NCBI GenBank assembly: GCA_039621445.1
Contig: CP154954.1
Location: forward strand, 31,954,012-32,018,011
DNA: 64,000 nucleotides
Origin: Euglena gracilis
Lineage: Eukaryota
Direction: 5' to 3'
Both the position numbers and the translations under genes were made by a program. Of this stretch, positions 60,501 to 64,000 are shown one piece after another (within the stretch, counting starts at the first letter, position 1; the number at the start of each line of letters is the position of its first letter). Under the pieces are notes generated by a model that saw only the letters and a list, made by a program, of their open reading frames with translations, ran no database searches and was not told the origin of the DNA.

Positions 60501-62944
60501 GCGTGTTGCAAGTCAATGCAGACACCTGTGCGGGATTTCACACGAAGGTGTTTTTCTCAAGGGTGAGGTACTGAAAAGCCGGCACTCGAATCATGCTCGA
60601 ATCATGTCGTCGACACTCTTCCAGGTGCCTTCCGCAATGATCCTACCCAACGTCTCCCCACACCTTGCTGCCTATGTGCAGTCCCTGTTCACCATTTCAA
60701 GGCCATCGTTCATCACACCACGAACATCAGATGCTGCAAGGTATTTCGCTATTATGGTTTCTGTCTACGATGAAAAAAGGAAAACAGACCATCAACACAA
60801 CCAAAAAGAGGCAACAGAAGGGGCCAACCAATTGCACTGCAAAAACATACTCAGACCAGAGAGTGTGGTAGCCAGGTGTTGCAAAACACCGTTCAGCTGG
60901 AGGTGAGGATGATGATCAGGATGGAAGACTTGAGCTTGAAACTTGGGCCACGCTGAAGAAGAAGAGGAAGGGTCTTCAAAGGACTTCTGGCCTGGAATCA
61001 CACCTGCAAGGTGGAAAATGAAGATGAATGCGTTCTGGCAAGGAAACCGCACGTCACTGGCTTCATTCAAACAAATGCAAACATATACAAATATACACTT
61101 CATTTCAGATCACCTTCCATTAGACACGTCACCAGACATTCAGAGCGTCTTTTGACACTGGTGGCAAAAACAATCAGCTGTTGGCCAAAAAATAAGCATT
61201 TTCAGGTGTGTAACTGTAAAAACAGCATCTACCAAGGACACAGAAGAGGAGTCTCAAAAAAAAAGTACATTTGAACATCCCTTTTCCTTTTTTATGCCAC
61301 CAGTGGCATAAAAAAATAATTTATGCTTCGAAAAGTGCTCAATTATGCCACCAGTGGAACAACACCCTTTCAGAAACACACAAAAGAACCGAAGCAGGTG
61401 AAATGCGAAACAACACATCAAAAAGGAACATTTTCCCCACAAAAACAAAGAGAAATTCATCAACTGTGAGAAACACCATCAAATATAATGACATTCACAA
61501 ACAACATGCGAGCGAACCACAAGCAATGCATACGTTCCTTGAAAAAAAGAGGGCAATGGCAATGTCGCATCAGGAACAAAAAAACCACAAGAAATTACAC
61601 CTGGACAACAATCCAATCAAAAACAACAGAATGTATGCCAAAACACCACACTTTCAGCATACAAGCGACATAAATCAGAACAACATCCAGAACTACTTCA
61701 CAGAACGCACACCTTCCAACAAACAAACATCAATATCATGCGAGAAACAATGGACAAATCTGAGGGCTCCACTACAGAGAACAATTTCACAGAAGCATTA
61801 GGAAAGCAAACTCCCTGTAAAACTTAACAGTTACAAAATTAAAATGCCTGAAAAAGACACCTGCACAACATAGCGTAAATTTATGCCACTAATGGCAAAA
61901 AAACACTGTCCTAATTGGCTGCCTAAGATCAGGAAACTAACCCTCAAAAGAATTCTTCCAAAAAAATCCTGAAAAATTGCCAGGTAATACTTTTTTTTTT
62001 GGATTTTCGGGAGTAGGTATTACCCAGATATGACCCAAAGTCAATGGGTTGGCGGCCCAAAACGGGGGGGGGGGGGCTGGCAGGTCGAAAAACGCTCATT
62101 TTCGGCCCAAAAAACATTTTTTTCCGGGCCCAGGAGGCCAAAAAACATCGTTTCGGGCAATTTTTTTTGATTTTTTCGACTTTTTTTACCCGAAAATCAC
62201 CCTAAATCCATTGGTTTCGGGCCAAAAACGGGGAGCTGGGGGTCAAAAAAACAAAAACGCTCGTTTTCGGCTCGGAAACACTTTTTCGGGGTCCGGGAGG
62301 CCTAAAAACATGCTTCTGGTAAAAAAAAATCGATTTTTTTCGATTTTTCGACTTTTTTTGGCCCAAAACGGTAAGTCGGAAAAAGTGTACAGAACGGCCA
62401 TATTGGCTAAAAAACAGGGGGTGTGTGTCAAAGCCGGGATGCGCTTTTGTAGCTGCTGGGGGGTGTACAGATGTATCTGAAATACATCTGGTGGAAAACG
62501 GGGTATTAGTGCAGCTGGGCGACTACTCGACAACGTTATAATTTCAGGCCCTTGGGCTTTCGTCTTGTAACCCTGGCATTACAACCAACCGTCTTGGAAT
62601 GGTGTCACATTCAAAATCAAAGTCACAGGCCAGGCACAATTCTTTAGACAGAAAATGTTGAATTTCTGACATAGCAACAAAACGGAAAAAGCGAATTTTC
62701 TTTCCAATACTATTTCATCGCCTTCCGGCACTAAATTGGAAATGAAATCAGGTGGTGCTACTCTAAAAAAAACACAACCCCTAAAAGAAAATTTGCTACA
62801 GCAGCGAGGATGAGACCAAGGAAGATTGAGCAAACAGAAAACATGTGCAAATGTAGAGCACATGCCTGCCGAGTGCGCCGCCGGAGAGGCCGCGAGGGGG
62901 CCCGGCCGGGCAGCGGCCGTGACATGCGAGGCAGCGCAGCCCAT
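49350..62944 (-). CDS. Gene 3 (span): MGCAAS paralog; 3' limit approximate, intactness not established
   Basis: exon 1 62866-62944; exon from 54513 (GGWIQPG..GRRLGG, like gene 1 GRWVGPAGHRLRG); exon ending 53569 (PHRATCFDPKQ, like PHTAATASFDPLEQ); exon ~50740-50975 (VRGGW..PAVTA..QAHRM). Confidence 0.6.
49618..49762. repeat. poly(A)/A-rich tract
   Basis: about 50 consecutive A followed by AnC units. Confidence 0.95.
50740..50975 (-). CDS. Gene 3 exon (..PVRGGWPVLIPAVTAGHRGAVACRVQAHRMQVFLIGR..); boundaries approximate
   Basis: similar to the C-terminal part of gene 1 exon 4888-5435. Confidence 0.55.
51388..51807. mobile_element. Foldback MITE with ~65-bp imperfect inverted arms and (GT)n inside
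   Basis: CTTCTGCCAAG.TTCTTTCTGAG..TTGTACATCCCC is inverted at 51745-51790. Confidence 0.7.
51908..52147 (-). mobile_element. Family H end (CAAGCACCTCCAGCGACAAATCCCGA) with TCGGGATTTG minisatellite; also at 42434-42459
   Basis: identical terminal ~26 bp at two sites; terminus resembles the family G TIR. Confidence 0.7.
54320..54513 (-). CDS. Gene 3 exon 2 (GWIQPGLPCRAPGRRLGGEVV...APTESGQ)
   Basis: CAG acceptor; phase 1 matches exon 1; alternative donor possible near 54401. Confidence 0.55.
56751..58083 (-). pseudogene. Transposon accessory gene (~440 aa when repaired) with PIN/NYN-like motifs and a basic, charged tail
   Basis: ATG 58083, TAA 57943-57945, 4-bp duplication 57675-57682; motifs AVLIDL and LYVISND; putative NLS PPAKRRAK. 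Confidence 0.6.
58297..60764 (-). pseudogene. Academ/DUF6589-like DDE transposase, decayed; 5' part unresolved
   Basis: ordered motifs VWVDNF..SLNGTA, LSDENI, YGVWH, EELCEAHL; ORFs of 151, 94 and 502 aa join after removing stops and micro-duplications. Confidence 0.7.
62866..62944 (-). CDS. Gene 3 exon 1 (MGCAASHVTAAARPGPLAASPAAHSA)
   Basis: ATG 7 nt after C-tract+AG; GCATGT donor, phase 1. Confidence 0.7.
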
Positions 62945-62951
62945 CCTCAGC

Positions 62952-62972
62952 CTGGGGGGGGGGAGCAGAGGG
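62952..62972 (-). promoter_or_regulatory. Pyrimidine tract + AG 7 nt upstream of ATG; candidate SL trans-splice acceptor
   Basis: ccctctgctc(c)nAG on the minus strand. Confidence 0.55.
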
Positions 62973-63179
62973 CACGTGACGTCGGCAGCCTGTGGGGCCC
63001 AAGAGCATGGCTGACCAGAGGTGCTTGCTGGTACCCCAAAGGTCAAACTTACACTCCGCCTGCAGTTCTGAGCCGCCAGACTGCACCTAGTCTGGGGGTC
63101 ATTTATTGACTAAAAGAAATTTTCAATTTTCAATGGAATTGGTAGCCAGCCTCCGCGGAGCCTTCACAGAGCTCCAGGT

Positions 63180-63782
63180 AACCAAAAGCCCGCTTTTGAT
63201 TGCTTCTGATTGTTTTCTGGCCACTTTTGACTGCTTTTGGCCCCTTTAAGGCCATTTTGGTGGCCTTAAACCAATTTTAGACCATCGGCCAAAGCCAATT
63301 TTATACCAATCCAGTATAATTTTGGCCAATCCAGTATCTGCATCCACTGCACTAATCCAGTATTCCAAAAGCAACCAAAATGACCTAAATTGGCGTGAAA
63401 AAACCTAAAATAGCCCAAAAATGCCAACAATGTCCACAAAAAATTGTGAAAAATAACCCAAAATCAAAAAAAATGACATAAAATGGCCAAAAATGCCATA
63501 AACGTGCTCATATTGACTCAAATCAGCACACTTTTTGTCCAAATAATTGCAAAATAGACCCCAAATTAGAAAAACTAATCCAAAATAGCCAAGATGGGTG
63601 TAATATTGGAGATTTGTGGGAAATTTATCTTAATGTGTTTAAATCTTCAAAATATACAAAAAAAATGCCAGCACCGCCCAGCATCGCCCGGCATCATAAA
63701 CACCACTTCTGGTCTCCAAGCCAGCATCGCCCAGCATCGCTCAGCATCGCCTAGCGATGCTCAACATCATCAGAGGTGCTTG
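63180..63782 (+). mobile_element. Family G right portion; an inverted 33-bp G left end sits at 62994-63026
   Basis: matches 14240-14693 and ends CAGAGGTGCTTG. Confidence 0.8.
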
Positions 63783-64000
63783 GATGGCAGAAGGTGCTCC
63801 ACAGCACACGGCAAACTGCCTCAAACGTGGGATGCTGGGGGAATGATTTGGGCCAGGTGAGACCAAATCCTCACGATACCATAGGCTTTGACATTTAAAA
63901 AAAATGGTGGTCCGTTTGCGCAAATTCACACATGGACCACATACACATTAGTGGGAGGCGTCCATTTGCTCGATGGGCAGAACGGGCGGTTCCCACATGT

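Larger units (their letters stand above)
55381..61927 (-). mobile_element. Academ-like DNA transposon relic, 6.5 kb
   Basis: TIR CTTAGGCGGCCAACTAGTACA vs CTTAGGCAGCCAATTAGGACA (18/21); ATCAG at 55376-55380 and 61928-61932; interior free of MITEs; two decayed genes. Confidence 0.8.

Noticed and set aside
57943-60674. Stop-codon reassignment or programmed read-through in the transposon genes
   Set aside because: All three stop types occur once each alongside frameshifts; decay is the simpler explanation
57508-60906. Plus-strand ORFs within the transposon
   Set aside because: Antisense shadows of the minus-strand genes, with no motifs

Overview
Repeat-dense eukaryotic nuclear DNA, most likely euglenid (Euglena-like). 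This is inferred from pyrimidine-tract+AG sites just upstream of start codons, GC donors and apparent non-AG acceptors. The minus strand carries three tandem, diverged paralogous multi-exon genes, each starting with an MGCAxS dual-acylation motif: ATG at 62944 (gene 3), 47980 (gene 2) and 21889 (gene 1). Gene 2 appears disabled. The introns hold microsatellites and nested MITEs, including hAT-like elements with exact 8-bp TSDs and Tc1/mariner-like elements with TA TSDs. Intron 1 of gene 3 contains a 6.5-kb TIR-bounded DNA transposon (55381-61927, 5-bp TSD ATCAG). It encodes a decayed Academ/DUF6589-like DDE transposase and a second decayed gene with PIN/NYN-like motifs. Exon models were built by eye from splice phase and paralog similarity, and several boundaries are approximate. 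No rRNA, tRNA or CRISPR was seen.
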